Source: Verrucomicrobiia bacterium
GTDB lineage: Bacteria; Verrucomicrobiota; Verrucomicrobiia; Palsa-1439
NCBI GenBank assembly: GCA_049510215.1
Contig: JBEKZD010000003.1
Coordinates: 24,544-88,543 of the forward strand
Direction of reading: 5' to 3'
DNA: 64,000 nt
The notes below the pieces were generated by a model. It saw only the letters and a list, made by a program, of their open reading frames with translations, searched no databases and was not told the origin of the DNA. Of this stretch, positions 1 to 9,754 are shown piece after piece. Each line of letters starts with the position of its first letter. Within the stretch, counting starts at the first letter, position 1. The translations under genes were made by a program, and so were the position numbers.

Positions 1-791
1 TGATAGCCGTCGTGTTGTGTGATCGCGAGGCCGATCACGTTCTCACCCGGACCGAGCGCCGCTGTGAGATCGACCGGTCGTATTTGCTCCCAGCGGGTGA
101 CTTTGCCGGCAGGTTTGCCGTTGACCGTGATCGTGCAGACCTGGTCCGGCGAAAGCGCCAGTCCGGCGCGGGCCAACTTTTTATCCGGCGGTAGCGTCAG
201 CACGCCGCGGACAAACGCCGCGAGCGGCGCCGTTTTCGACTCGTCCAGCGGAGCATAAGCCCATCGCTGCTTTTGCAGGCGAGCCCGGGCCTCGTTGCTG
301 AGCTCCGTCCCGTCAGCCGGTGCGGGCGTGTCGAATCCGATCCACTGCGCCTGCCAGTCGGCCGGCTGCACCAGGCCCATGCTCCAGCGGGCCGGTGCGC
401 TCCAGGCCGACTCGCGGCCGGCCTCGTCCCACACGCGGACCTGCCACCAGCATCGCTGGCGCGAACCGAGTGGCTTTCCGGCGTAGACAATCTGCTGCGT
501 CGCGTCGGAGGCGACTTTGACGGTATCCCACAGGTCGCCGCGGCCGCCCGCGAGCAGTTCGACCGACGAGGCAACGAGGATCCGATAGGCAGTCTGGCGG
601 ACGCCGCGGGCGTCGGCCTCCGCCTCCAATCCCCAGCCGAGACGTGGCGCCGGCTCGCTAATGCCCTCAGGATCGACGCGATACTCGCACCGCAAGCGGG
701 TCGGCGTCAGGGCGCCGGATGCGCCCGGCGCGGCAAGACCGACAACGCCGGCCAGGAGAAGAACGAGGCGACAAACACATTGATGGTTCAT
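1..791 (-). CDS. alpha-L-rhamnosidase (GH78), N-terminal part; the C-terminus runs off the window start
   Basis: Hand translation of the minus frame that is open to position 1 (not in the ORF track because it has no stop): MNHQCVCRLVLLLAGVVGLAAPGASGALTPTRLRCEYRVDPEGI...WQAQWIGFD. Signal peptide, plus LRCEY and WxAxWI motifs typical of the Bac_rhamnosid_N domain. ATG at 789-791. Confidence 0.5.
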   Translation of the reverse strand, partial: MNHQCVCRLVLLLAGVVGLAAPGASGALTPTRLRCEYRVDPEGISEPAPRLGWGLEAEADARGVRQTAYRILVASSVELLAGGRGDLWDTVKVASDATQQIVYAGKPLGSRQRCWWQVRVWDEAGRESAWSAPARWSMGLVQPADWQAQWIGFDTPAPADGTELSNEARARLQKQRWAYAPLDESKTAPLAAFVRGVLTLPPDKKLARAGLALSPDQVCTITVNGKPAGKVTRWEQIRPVDLTAALGPGENVIGLAITQHDGY

Positions 792-845
792 GGGTCAGAT
801 CTATCCATTATTCAATTCCTTTATAGCCTGCTGTATTGAACTTAA

Positions 846-2282
846 TCATCGAAAGCTTTCGGCGAGGGCGACGGCTTTGATCATGGCTTTGGCTTTGTTG
901 ACGGTCTCGTTGAATTCGTATTGCGGATCGCTGTCGGCCACGATGCCGCCGCCGGCCTGCACGTACGCGATGCCGTCCTTCAGCAACGCGGTGCGCAGCG
1001 TGATGCAACTGTCGAGGTTGCCGTTGAAGCTGAAGTAGCCGACCGCGCCCGCGTACGGGCCGCGCTGCGTGGCTTCGAGTTCGCTGATGATCTGCATCGC
1101 GCGAATCTTGGGCGCGCCGCTGACGGTGCCGGCGGGAAACGTGGCCCGCATCAGATCGTACACGTTGCGGTGCCCATGCAATTTGCCGGTCACGTTGGAG
1201 ACGATGTGCATCACGTGTGAGTAACGTTCCACCACCATGAACTCGTCCACTTTCACGCTGCCGTAATCGCAAACGCGGCCGATGTCGTTGCGCGCCAGAT
1301 CAACGAGCATCAGGTGCTCGGCGCGCTCTTTCTCATCCGCCAGCAATTCCTTTTCGAGCCTGGCGTCTTCCTCGGGCGTCTTTCCTCTCCAACGCGTCCC
1401 CGCGATGGGACGAATCTCGACGTTGCGCTCCTCGCAGCGGACGTGCACTTCAGGCGACGCGCCGACAAGTTGAAAATCTCCGAAGTCGAGCAGGAACATA
1501 TACGGCGATGGATTCACGGAGCGTAACGCGCGATAAACGTCCAACGCCGACGCGTTGGTATGCGCCTGAAACCGTTGCGCCAGCACGACCTGAATGATGT
1601 CGCCAGCCCGGATGTATTCCTTGGCGCGTTTGACCATGTCGGCATGGCGATCGGGCATCATGTTCGAGTCCACGTGGACCGGCTTCGGCTCGCGTTGAAA
1701 TTCCAGAACGCGCGCGGCGATGGGTTGTTCTAACTGCGTTATGATTTCATCAATCCGCGCGCATGCGCCCTCATAAGCCGCTTCGGGCTTACCGTCGATG
1801 AGCGCGTTGGCGACGATCTTGATCGTCTGTCGCAGGCGGTCAAAGATCAGAATCGTGTCGGCGATCATGAAACAGAGCGACGGCGTATGCAGATCGTTTC
1901 GCGCCGGCGCGTGCACGGTCGGCTCGATATGATGAATGTATTCGTAGCCAACGAACCCGACTGCGCCACCCGTGAACCGGGGCAGGTCGGGCACGCTGAC
2001 GGGTGTGAACTTGGCCATCTCTTCTTCAACCGAGCGCAACGGATCGCCGGTCGCGCCCGCTTCGGCGCGAATCACCTTGCGCGGGCGCGTGCCGAGAAAC
2101 GAATAACGTCCGATGTGCTCGCCGCCCTCGACCGATTCGAGCAGGAACGAGCCGCCGCTCTTGCGAAGTTTCTGAAACGCCGACACCGGCGTCTCCGCGT
2201 CCGCCAGAATCTCGCGATACACGGGGATCAGGTTGCCGCGCTCTGCCAGTTTCAAGAATTCAGTTTTGGATGGAGTGAACAT
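846..2282 (-). CDS. trpE: anthranilate synthase component I
   Basis: 509-aa ORF. The conserved TrpE core is present (LLESVEGGE...; chorismate-binding C-terminus GAVGYFSFNGNLDSCITLRTA...). Start trimmed to the internal ATG MFTPSKTEF at 2282. Confidence 0.85.
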   Translation of the reverse strand: MFTPSKTEFLKLAERGNLIPVYREILADAETPVSAFQKLRKSGGSFLLESVEGGEHIGRYSFLGTRPRKVIRAEAGATGDPLRSVEEEMAKFTPVSVPDLPRFTGGAVGFVGYEYIHHIEPTVHAPARNDLHTPSLCFMIADTILIFDRLRQTIKIVANALIDGKPEAAYEGACARIDEIITQLEQPIAARVLEFQREPKPVHVDSNMMPDRHADMVKRAKEYIRAGDIIQVVLAQRFQAHTNASALDVYRALRSVNPSPYMFLLDFGDFQLVGASPEVHVRCEERNVEIRPIAGTRWRGKTPEEDARLEKELLADEKERAEHLMLVDLARNDIGRVCDYGSVKVDEFMVVERYSHVMHIVSNVTGKLHGHRNVYDLMRATFPAGTVSGAPKIRAMQIISELEATQRGPYAGAVGYFSFNGNLDSCITLRTALLKDGIAYVQAGGGIVADSDPQYEFNETVNKAKAMIKAVALAESFR

Positions 2283-2420
2283 TTTTTCCGTGTCATTCCA
2301 AGCGAAGTGAGCCGAAGCCCTGAGTCCGCGAAGGGGAAGAACCTCTGCATCGAAAATCCGCGCGTGGGCAAACATTCAGAGGCCCTTCGCTACGCTCAGG
2401 GTGACAAACTGGAGCCGACC

Positions 2421-2804
2421 TCATTTTTTTCCGTACACCTTCTCCGGATCTACCAACCGCGGCTCCGTGACTCTCACTTCTCCTTTCACGATGCTGCGGA
2501 AGAAACAGGATTTGTAGCCTTCGTGGCAGGCTGCGCCGGTCTGCTCGACCTGAATCAGCAGCGCATCCTTGTCGCAATCGAACGCGATGTCCTTCACCTT
2601 CTGCGTGTGCCCGCTCGTCGCGCCCTTGTGCCAGAGTTCCTTGCGTGACCGGCTCCAGAACACCGTCTCACCGATCTCCAGCGTCTTCTTCAGCGATTCC
2701 TTGTTCATCCACGCCACCATCAACACGCGCCCCGTACCCGCTTCCTGCACAATGGCCGGAATCAACCCGTTCGCGTCGTACTTCAATTCATTAACGATGC
2801 TCAT
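2421..2804 (-). CDS. hisI: phosphoribosyl-AMP cyclohydrolase
   Basis: 127-aa C-terminal part of the ORF ([38 protein letters not shown]...HEGYKSCFF) matches the PRA-CH family. The start overlaps the hisF stop by 4 nt (ATGA). Confidence 0.8.
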   Translation of the reverse strand: MSIVNELKYDANGLIPAIVQEAGTGRVLMVAWMNKESLKKTLEIGETVFWSRSRKELWHKGATSGHTQKVKDIAFDCDKDALLIQVEQTGAACHEGYKSCFFRSIVKGEVRVTEPRLVDPEKVYGKK

Positions 2805-3595
2805 AATCGCACCGGTATTCCCTTCTGCCTCAAAAACTGTTTTACCTGCAGCACGGTGTACTCGCCAAAGTGGAAAATCGACGCCGCCAGCACCGCGTCG
2901 GCCTTGCCTTCGCCCAGCACGTCGGCCATGTGTTCCAGAGTTCCCGCGCCGCCGCTGGCAATAACCGGAATCGACACCGCTTCGCTGACCGCCCGCGTCA
3001 ACTCGACGTCGTAGCCGCGCTTTGTCCCATCCGTGTCCATGCTTGTCAACAGGATTTCGCCCGCCCCGAGAGCTTCCACGCGACGCGCCCACTCGATGGC
3101 ATCAAGCCCCGTGGGTTTCCGGCCGCCATGCGTGAATACTTCCCAGCGGGAGGCGCTGGAGTGTTGGAGTGTTGGAGTGTTGGGGTGAATGCGCTTGGCG
3201 TCGATGGCGACCACGATGCACTGACTGCCGAATCGCTCCGCGCCCGCTCGCACCAGGTCCGGATTCTGCACTGCCGCGGTGTTAACGCTGGTCTTGTCAG
3301 CGCCGGCCTTGAGCATCGCACGGACGGCTTCGACGCTGCGAATGCCGCCGCCGACCGTCAGCGGCATGAAACATTCGCTCGCAGTGCGCTCGACCACGTC
3401 GATCATCGTAGCGCGATTCTCGGCGCTGGCCGTGATGTCCAGAAAGACCAATTCATCGGCTCCCTGCCGATCATATTCCTTCGCACACTCAACCGGATCG
3501 CCGGCGTCGCGCAGGTTCAAGAATTTCGTTCCCTTCACCACGCGCCCGCGATCCACATCGAGACATGGAATGATTCGTTTGGCTAACATAGGCAA
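2801..3595 (-). CDS. hisF: imidazole glycerol phosphate synthase, cyclase subunit
   Basis: [20 protein letters not shown]...GGGIRS...VAIDAKR...[20 protein letters not shown]...ASGGAG are canonical HisF motifs. Contains an in-frame octamer tandem repeat at 3157-3187. Confidence 0.9.
   Translation of the reverse strand: MPMLAKRIIPCLDVDRGRVVKGTKFLNLRDAGDPVECAKEYDRQGADELVFLDITASAENRATMIDVVERTASECFMPLTVGGGIRSVEAVRAMLKAGADKTSVNTAAVQNPDLVRAGAERFGSQCIVVAIDAKRIHPNTPTLQHSSASRWEVFTHGGRKPTGLDAIEWARRVEALGAGEILLTSMDTDGTKRGYDVELTRAVSEAVSIPVIASGGAGTLEHMADVLGEGKADAVLAASIFHFGEYTVLQVKQFLRQKGIPVRL
3157..3187. repeat. 8-bp tandem repeat (TGGAGTGT x3 plus a degenerate fourth copy) inside the hisF CDS
   Basis: Plus-strand sequence tggagtgt tggagtgt tggagtgt tggggtg. 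On the minus strand it encodes PNTPTLQHS, lengthening the loop between the AIDAKR and WEVFTHGG segments of HisF. Confidence 0.8.
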
Positions 3596-3676
3596 GAGAA
3601 TACACCAACGCCTTCGGGTTTGTCATCCGCAGCGCGTCCCAGGATTTGGAAGGAAGCTGCCGCGCCGTTTGGGAAT

Positions 3677-3697
3677 CTGCGCTTCATAGAAGCGCAG
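3677..3697. repeat. perfect 9-bp-stem palindrome CTGCGCTTC-ATA-GAAGCGCAG (copy 1 of 2)
   Basis: An identical 21-mer followed by CTACA recurs at 29867-29887. Confidence 0.7.
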
Positions 3698-4010
3698 CTA
3701 CAACAAACTCCAGACCGTCAATGTAGGGGCGCTTCTGTGAAGCGCCATCGACCGTCTAATCACTCGTCGGCCCGGCGTTTCGCTTCTGTCGGTCGCCGCC
3801 GCCTTCTCAGTTCCCTTCGCCGCGACGCTGGCCACGCTCTTGTTGGTCGCGTCTCTCCTCGCCTTTGGGCGGCTGACTGTAGCGTCTGATTTGTTTGGCG
3901 AGGCGGTGACACTCAGCGGGGGCGGTGTTGAGGAGGCGCGGTTCGGGCACGCCGTGCTTGCTCGCGTAGTCGGTCCTGCCCCTGACGATTCTGAGTGAGG
4001 CGGACTGTTG

Positions 4011-4508
4011 TTATTTGCCGCCCAACCGAGTGGGCGGGAGACGTTCTTCGGTCATCTGGCGGACGGTCTGGCCGTAGTGCTGGTGCCGTTCGACGGGGTC
4101 GGCAATATCTTTGCATTTGAGCAGGGCGCGGACGCGGAGGCACAGGTCCTGCACGTCGATGGGCTTGCAAACAAGGTCGTCGGCGCCCGCAGTCATGGAT
4201 CCCTCAATCTCTTCACGCGAAGTGGACCCCGTGATGACAAGGATGGGGATGTGTTCCGTCTTCTTGTTCGTCCGAATCGCCTTGCAGACAGCCACCCCGT
4301 CCGGGGCGGGCATGCGCAGGTCGAGGAGGATCAAATCCGGCTTGTTGGTGATCGCTTGTTGGATGCCGTCGTCGCCAGTGGCCGCTGTGAGGACAGACAT
4401 ACCCTCGGTCGCTAGAACTTTCTTCAGAAAGCCCCGCATCTCTGCGTCGTCCTCTACGACTAGTAGTGTTGGTTCGTTCAAGGGCTGCGACCCCCTTGCC
4501 GATTGCAC
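4011..4508 (-). CDS. response regulator receiver-domain protein (CheY-like, no recognisable output domain)
   Basis: LLVVEDDAEMRGFL...LILLDLRMPAPDGVAVCKAIR...IPILVITG... carries the phospho-acceptor Asp and the conserved Lys of REC domains. No cognate kinase is adjacent. Confidence 0.7.
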   Translation of the reverse strand: MQSARGSQPLNEPTLLVVEDDAEMRGFLKKVLATEGMSVLTAATGDDGIQQAITNKPDLILLDLRMPAPDGVAVCKAIRTNKKTEHIPILVITGSTSREEIEGSMTAGADDLVCKPIDVQDLCLRVRALLKCKDIADPVERHQHYGQTVRQMTEERLPPTRLGGK

Positions 4509-4739
4509 CTATTTACCCCAGCGTGGGGCGGCTTGGCAAGCGTATTTTTCGAAATAACCTCCGGCAAGCCTCGAAGAGGATCCGAGGTGAACTCATGACA
4601 GACGAGGGAGAGCGGCTCGGCGGCGGCGTGGCGGGCAATGATGTCCATCGTGTTTACGGAACTGTCGGGTGGACGCTAGACGGAGTGGATCGAACACGGT
4701 GCCGTGACGATCTGACAAACTCGTCGGTCGATCAGCCTG

Positions 4740-5153
4740 TTGAAAAGCTTCGCGCCCGACAGTAGAAGTGAGGATAATCCAGACATGGATACACCGCCCA
4801 AACTGCAGAAGCGAAAGAGCCTGCGATTCGCTGCAACGCTGAACTTTGTCGTGCCCGGCGCGGGTCAGTTCTATCTCGGCCAGCGCGTGTTCGGCGGCAT
4901 GTTGGCGGTGACATTCCTCACCTGCTTCGTGGCGATGATCGCGCTCTTTTTGCGCGGCTACGGGGAATACATTCAGGCCGTTACCGGCGGTGACATTTTT
5001 CAGTCCGACGTTTTGGAACGATTGGGCACTGTTTTCCACGTCCGTTGGCTCATCGGCTTGCTCGTTGCGTCCCTCGTGATTTTCGTAGTGTCAATGGTTG
5101 GCCTCGCAGTTGCATCCAAAAGCGCGAGCAACGACCGGACCGCTGACCGCTGA
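4740..5153 (+). CDS. TM2-domain-like small membrane protein
   Basis: NFVVPGAGQFYLGQRVFGGMLAVTF... followed by a second transmembrane segment. The start is uncertain; the alternative ATG MDTPPK is at 4785. Confidence 0.4.
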   Translation: MKSFAPDSRSEDNPDMDTPPKLQKRKSLRFAATLNFVVPGAGQFYLGQRVFGGMLAVTFLTCFVAMIALFLRGYGEYIQAVTGGDIFQSDVLERLGTVFHVRWLIGLLVASLVIFVVSMVGLAVASKSASNDRTADR

Positions 5154-5167
5154 CTGCTCAGCCGCCC

Positions 5168-6148
5168 TCAGCCTTCGACATCGCCGACGATTTCCTCGAC
5201 GATGTCTTCGATGGTGACAATGCCGAGATGTTGCCCCTCGGGGTTGATGACGACACTGATGGGATTATGGCTGGCGCGCAGCACAGGCAGGACACGATCG
5301 ATCCGGTCCGTCGAACGCACAAACTGCGCATTCTGCATCAGTTCATGCGCGGTCTTGCCATCGCGCGCGACGTTTTCAAAGAGAATCTCGTACACGTTCA
5401 CAACGCCTGAAATCTTGTCGCCCTCGCGCACGGGAAGCCGCGCGTAGCCCGTGCGCTGCGAGATCTCGAACAACTCCCGGATCGGCGTATCTCGCGCGAC
5501 GGTCACAGTCCGTGACAGTGGGACCATGATCTCGTGAACCGTTTTGTACGGGAAATCGAAAACCCCGTCGATCATCTGGCGTTCATCGGTCGTGAGCGCG
5601 CCGCCCGCCTCCCCCTCCTTGGCGAGTTGCTTGAGTTCCTCGCGCGTCACAAAAAAGCTTCTTGGCTGTTCCGCCCTCCTCCCCACCCGAGCGATCGCTC
5701 GCATCAGCACGCCGAACAGCCCTGCCAACGGCGCAAACAACCACGCCGTCGCGTTCAGGACATCGGCGCACGTCATGCACAAGCGATGCGTGTAATGGCG
5801 AAACAGCGTCTTCGGTGTGATCTCGCTGAGGATAAGGAGCACCGAAGAAGCGACAACGGTCGCGGCAAGCCCGATCAGCGCGTTTGCGCCGAACAGATGC
5901 GTCGCCAGCACCGAGGCCGAAACCGCCACGGCCACGTTGGCCAGATTCGTGCCGATCAGCGTCGTGCCCAGGAGCCGCTCGGTGTTCTCGACGAATGTGC
6001 TGAGGATCATCGCGCGACGGTTCCTGCGTTCGACTTCGTGACGAAGACGCACACGATTCAATGAAATCAAACCCGTCTCGATGCCGGAGAAGAACGCTGA
6101 CGCCAGGACACCGACAAGAATTGCGAGCCAATACCAGTAGAGCGCCAT
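5168..6148 (-). CDS. CNNM/CorC-family protein (DUF21 transmembrane domain plus CBS pair)
   Basis: N-terminal DUF21 membrane region (LASAFFSGIETGLISLN) followed by CBS-like segments. Start trimmed to MALYWYW, 1 nt downstream of the preceding stop. Confidence 0.7.
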   Translation of the reverse strand: MALYWYWLAILVGVLASAFFSGIETGLISLNRVRLRHEVERRNRRAMILSTFVENTERLLGTTLIGTNLANVAVAVSASVLATHLFGANALIGLAATVVASSVLLILSEITPKTLFRHYTHRLCMTCADVLNATAWLFAPLAGLFGVLMRAIARVGRRAEQPRSFFVTREELKQLAKEGEAGGALTTDERQMIDGVFDFPYKTVHEIMVPLSRTVTVARDTPIRELFEISQRTGYARLPVREGDKISGVVNVYEILFENVARDGKTAHELMQNAQFVRSTDRIDRVLPVLRASHNPISVVINPEGQHLGIVTIEDIVEEIVGDVEG

Positions 6149-6149
6149 C

Positions 6150-7427
6150 TCAGTTGTCCTCGACCACGAAAGTTTCGGGGTCAATCTGCAACACCACTTC
6201 TCGAACGCGGTTCTTGACCACTTTGCGCGCGGTCACGCGCACGTTGTCGACCTTCACTTGCTCGCCGTCCTTCGGCAGCGAACCGAGTTGGGCGATCAGC
6301 CAGCCCGCGATCGTTTCCACATCGGCGGCCCGCAGTGAAAGGCCGCACTGTTCGTTTACCAATTCCAGCCGCGCCTTGCCGTTGATGAGATAGCGCTGCT
6401 TGTCCAGCTTCTGCACCATGATTTCGCTGGCGTCGAATTCATCCTCGATCTCGCCGATGATCTCCTCCAGAATGTCTTCCAGCGTCACCATGCCATGCGT
6501 GCCGCCGTACTCATCAACGACAATCGCGACGGGATGTTCTTGCTTGCGGAAATTCTTCAGCAACTTCGCCACGCTCATCGTGTCGGGCACGAAATTCGGC
6601 AGTTCGACCACTTCATCGAGTTCGCGCTCGGGATGGATTAGGAACTCCTTTACGTTCAGGATGCCTTCGACGGTGTCGGGCGAATCATGGATGATCGGGA
6701 CACGGCGGTGTTTGATCTTGCGCAAGGCAGCCGCCATTTCTTCTCGACTCAGGGCGTCCTCGACACATTGCATGTCCACGCGAGGGGTCATGATCTCCTT
6801 GACCTGCATGTTTTCCAGGGCGAGGATCTTGTTGACCATATCGCGCTCTTCTTTGCGCACTACGCCCGCGCGTTCGCTGACTTTTAGCAATGTGCGGTAC
6901 TCGTCTTCCGTTGGTGCACTGGTGCGTGCCTGGCGCGCGGAGAAATACGGGAGGCGCTCGATCCATCGCACCAGAAGTTCTGACGCAGCCTCGGCCACGC
7001 GACGGAGGCGCGACGTCGAGGCAACCATCCAATGTGTGATCTGCGCCAAATGCACGGCGCAAAACTCAGGGCTGCGGATGACCAGTGTTTTGGGGGTCAC
7101 TTCCCCAAACAGCAGAATCAGAAGGGTCATCACGGGGACTGCCAGCTCTTCGGCTTGGAGCGGCCAGACGGCTGCGATGATGTTGAAGCCGACGACAGCC
7201 GCCGCGACGTTGGCGACGGTGTTGCCGAGCAAAATGGTGGAGAGCAGGCGATGCGGCTGATCAAGCAGTTCACTGATCTGCTGTCCCTGCCGCGGATGCT
7301 CCTGACGCAGTCGCCGCACCTGCAGCTTGCTCAAGGAGAAAAGGGCAATCTCGGTTCCGGAGAAGAATGCCGAGAGCGCCAGCAATCCTCCCAGAACCAG
7401 CAATTCGAAAATCGCGGTTGTCAGCAT
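6150..7427 (-). CDS. HlyC/CorC-family transporter (DUF21-CBS-CorC_HlyC)
   Basis: LALSAFFSGTEIALFSL (DUF21), a CBS pair, and a C-terminal CorC/HlyC transporter-associated domain (ETIAGWLIAQLGSLPKDGEQV). Tandem paralog of the gene at 5168-6148. Confidence 0.8.
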   Translation of the reverse strand: MLTTAIFELLVLGGLLALSAFFSGTEIALFSLSKLQVRRLRQEHPRQGQQISELLDQPHRLLSTILLGNTVANVAAAVVGFNIIAAVWPLQAEELAVPVMTLLILLFGEVTPKTLVIRSPEFCAVHLAQITHWMVASTSRLRRVAEAASELLVRWIERLPYFSARQARTSAPTEDEYRTLLKVSERAGVVRKEERDMVNKILALENMQVKEIMTPRVDMQCVEDALSREEMAAALRKIKHRRVPIIHDSPDTVEGILNVKEFLIHPERELDEVVELPNFVPDTMSVAKLLKNFRKQEHPVAIVVDEYGGTHGMVTLEDILEEIIGEIEDEFDASEIMVQKLDKQRYLINGKARLELVNEQCGLSLRAADVETIAGWLIAQLGSLPKDGEQVKVDNVRVTARKVVKNRVREVVLQIDPETFVVEDN

Positions 7428-7535
7428 GCGCTGGTTAAGAAGTCTATGAAACTTCCCACGTCAGCGTCAATCGCCCGGCGGCGGGCCCGGCGGTCGCGTC
7501 CTACCACGGCGCATCAAATGAGATGTGACAGAGCA

Positions 7536-8678
7536 CTACGGCTTCGGTGCCGTCACTGCGGGCTTTCCCGCCGTAGGCGGTGCCTGCGAAGGAATTGCAC
7601 TCGGCTTGGAATCGCCGGGCACAGCTTCGATGGGCTTCAGGAAGACCTCGACCTTCGTCTTGTCGCGCAGGCCCTTGATGTGTTGTTGGGCGACTTCAGT
7701 GCTCTTGGTGGAACGCAGGAATTTTTCGATGTCGCCTTTGACTTCATCGAGCGTTGCTTCCCGCTCGGGTTTGCGATCGGTGACCATCAACAGGTGATAA
7801 CCATATTGCGTGGTCACAACATCGCTCAATTCGTTTGTCCGAAGGGAAAAGGCTACGGCTTCGAACTGCGGCACCATCTGGCCGCGCGTGAAAAAGCCGA
7901 GATCGCCGCTGTTGCTGGCACTGCCCGGGTCTTCCGACACCTTTCGAGCTATGTCCGCGAATTTTTCTCCGCCTTTGATCAACGAACGGGCTGCTTCGAT
8001 CTGCGCCAGCTTTGCCGCCTTGGTCTCTTCAGATGCGTCGGGCGACATGCGGATGAGGATGTGGCTGGCCCGGACTGCTTCGGGTTGCTTCATTTTCTCG
8101 CGATTGCTATCGTAGTATGCCTTGATTTCCTCTGGCGTGACCTTGATTTCGCGGTCGAACACGCTTCGCATCGTCTCTTGAATGATCACGTTTTCGCGCG
8201 TGCGCTTGGCGTATTCGTCGGGCGTCACACCAGCCTCCTGCAACGCTTTCGTCAGACCTTCCTCGCCGCCGAGTTGCGATTTAACTCTGTCGAGTTGCTG
8301 CTGAACCTTCACGTCAACGTCAGGGGGGACATGGGCAAGCCCTTCCTGCAATATCAACTCGTGGTTGATCATGTCGTCGATGATCTGATGTTCGAGCACC
8401 GGAATCTGTTGCTGCGGAAACGAACGTCCGCCTTGCGCAAGCCGGGTTTCCACGGTTTGCACGGCCAAATCCAATTCCTTGCGCTTGACTTCGTGGCTGC
8501 CGATGCGCGCGACGACTTCATCGAGATTGTGTGCAGGTGCCGGCGTCACCGCCGGCGCTGCCGCCTGCTGGGTTGCTTTCGGAGCGGGTTCGGCGGAACC
8601 AACGGTCTTGTCTTCACCAACCACTGGCTTTGCGGCGAGGGCGACGGCAAAAACGATGAGGGCACATGTGATTTTCAT
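7536..8678 (-). CDS. periplasmic peptidyl-prolyl cis-trans isomerase, SurA/PrsA (parvulin) type
   Basis: Signal peptide, SurA-like N-terminal domain, and parvulin rotamase core (ASHILIRM...GDLGFFTRGQMVPQFEAVAFSL...). Confidence 0.75.
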   Translation of the reverse strand: MKITCALIVFAVALAAKPVVGEDKTVGSAEPAPKATQQAAAPAVTPAPAHNLDEVVARIGSHEVKRKELDLAVQTVETRLAQGGRSFPQQQIPVLEHQIIDDMINHELILQEGLAHVPPDVDVKVQQQLDRVKSQLGGEEGLTKALQEAGVTPDEYAKRTRENVIIQETMRSVFDREIKVTPEEIKAYYDSNREKMKQPEAVRASHILIRMSPDASEETKAAKLAQIEAARSLIKGGEKFADIARKVSEDPGSASNSGDLGFFTRGQMVPQFEAVAFSLRTNELSDVVTTQYGYHLLMVTDRKPEREATLDEVKGDIEKFLRSTKSTEVAQQHIKGLRDKTKVEVFLKPIEAVPGDSKPSAIPSQAPPTAGKPAVTAPKP

Positions 8679-8817
8679 TTAGGATACTTTCTTGAGTTTC
8701 GGATTCCTTCTGCGTCTGGTTGTTTCAAAGCTGTAAACGGAGGCACGCTAACACGCGCGGCGGGAATCGTCAACACTCACGCGGACGAGCGCGGGCGTTC
8801 ATAATTGTGCAGGTTTA

Positions 8818-9066
8818 TTAACGAAAATGGCCGCTATGCCAACTGTGGGCCAGTTCGCGCGGAGTCAGGGGTTGTTCCGCACCCGCCAGCAATGCTCGCA
8901 ACGCCTCATAGGCCACTGCATCGATTTCCTCGTCCGTCACCCCCGCCTTCATGGCAACCGCCACCAGATGCTCGTAGCGCCAAGTCGCTCCCTCCACAAT
9001 CGCAATCCTGAGCGCCTTCAACGCGCTGCTCTTTTCGGTGCGCGGACTGGCTTTGAGTTGCTTCAT
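8818..9066 (-). CDS. hypothetical small protein
   Basis: 82-aa ORF in typical high-GC codon usage. No recognisable motif. Confidence 0.3.
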   Translation of the reverse strand: MKQLKASPRTEKSSALKALRIAIVEGATWRYEHLVAVAMKAGVTDEEIDAVAYEALRALLAGAEQPLTPRELAHSWHSGHFR

Positions 9067-9190
9067 CGGTTACGTGCCAGCCAAAGCACTGCCCGCGCCA
9101 ACTCTCGAGGCGTCAAGCAAGAAAACTGCATGCCTTTACAGCACGATGGCCTCGCCGTATGTTTAGAGTGGGCACGGAGGGAAAAGAAAA

Positions 9191-9754
9191 ATGGAAAGCA
9201 ACTGGTTCAACAAATACTTTCCCTGCCTCCTCACCCTTCTGGCGGCTGCGAGTGTGGGGCTCGCGCCGTCTGCAACGATGCAAGGCCAGCAATCACAGTT
9301 GCTGGTGGACTACGTGCCGCCTTCGTTCGCGCAAACGAATCACATCTCCGCCGTTTCATCGCTGCCCGAGCTCTTCCCCGCCGATTCAACGAATCGCACA
9401 ATCGCCAGCGCCCCCACGCGGCACACCCCGGTGGATCGCTGGGAGGAATTTGAAGCTGAATTTGGCATCAAGAAAACGGAGCCGTCATTCGTGAAGAGCT
9501 CAATCGAATCCACGAAATACAAACTGGACGAGACCGTCTTCGCCGCGAAGGAGTTTGTGGAGAGTTTTCGATACGACGTATATCTGAAAGATTTGATGAC
9601 CAGTTCCAGTTCGACTGCCCCGTTGCGACGGTACTATTCCGATCCGATCCTGGACTCCTTGGAAAACGCGCAGATCAGGTCCGGCGTCGACTGGGATGCG
9701 CACGCCGGCCGTGCCTTTGTGGGCGTCAGGCTGGTGTTGCCGCTCGGAGATTAA
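9191..9754 (+). CDS. hypothetical secreted protein
   Basis: N-terminal signal-peptide-like segment (LLTLLAAASVGLAPSA). Its stop overlaps the convergent GT2 gene stop (TTAA). Confidence 0.4.
   Translation: MESNWFNKYFPCLLTLLAAASVGLAPSATMQGQQSQLLVDYVPPSFAQTNHISAVSSLPELFPADSTNRTIASAPTRHTPVDRWEEFEAEFGIKKTEPSFVKSSIESTKYKLDETVFAAKEFVESFRYDVYLKDLMTSSSSTAPLRRYYSDPILDSLENAQIRSGVDWDAHAGRAFVGVRLVLPLGD

Noticed and set aside
846-2375. N-terminal extensions of several ORFs (trpE to 2375, hisI to 3092, GT-C to 14099, kinase to 17559, MFS from 19133, secreted protein to 21919, ADH to 41125, isomerase to 42679, FGGY kinase from 42778)
   Set aside because: The extensions overlap upstream genes or lack homology. 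Internal ATG or GTG codons with better spacing, SD sequences or conserved N-termini were chosen instead.
3620-4010. Possible gene in the hisF upstream gap (ORFs 3620-3889+, 3913-4170-)
   Set aside because: Arg/Pro-rich low-complexity translations with no start context. Likely non-coding, containing the CTGCGCTTCATAGAAGCGCAG palindrome.
7032-8804. Long ORFs in the ORF track (7032-8804+, 12519-14237+, 27282-29087-, 40289-41818+, 49544-52039+ and similar)
   Set aside because: They run antisense to well-supported genes (PPIase, GT-C, M16 peptidase, ADH/isomerase, E1), have Arg/Ala/Gly-rich low-complexity translations typical of high-GC antisense frames, and have no recognisable domains.
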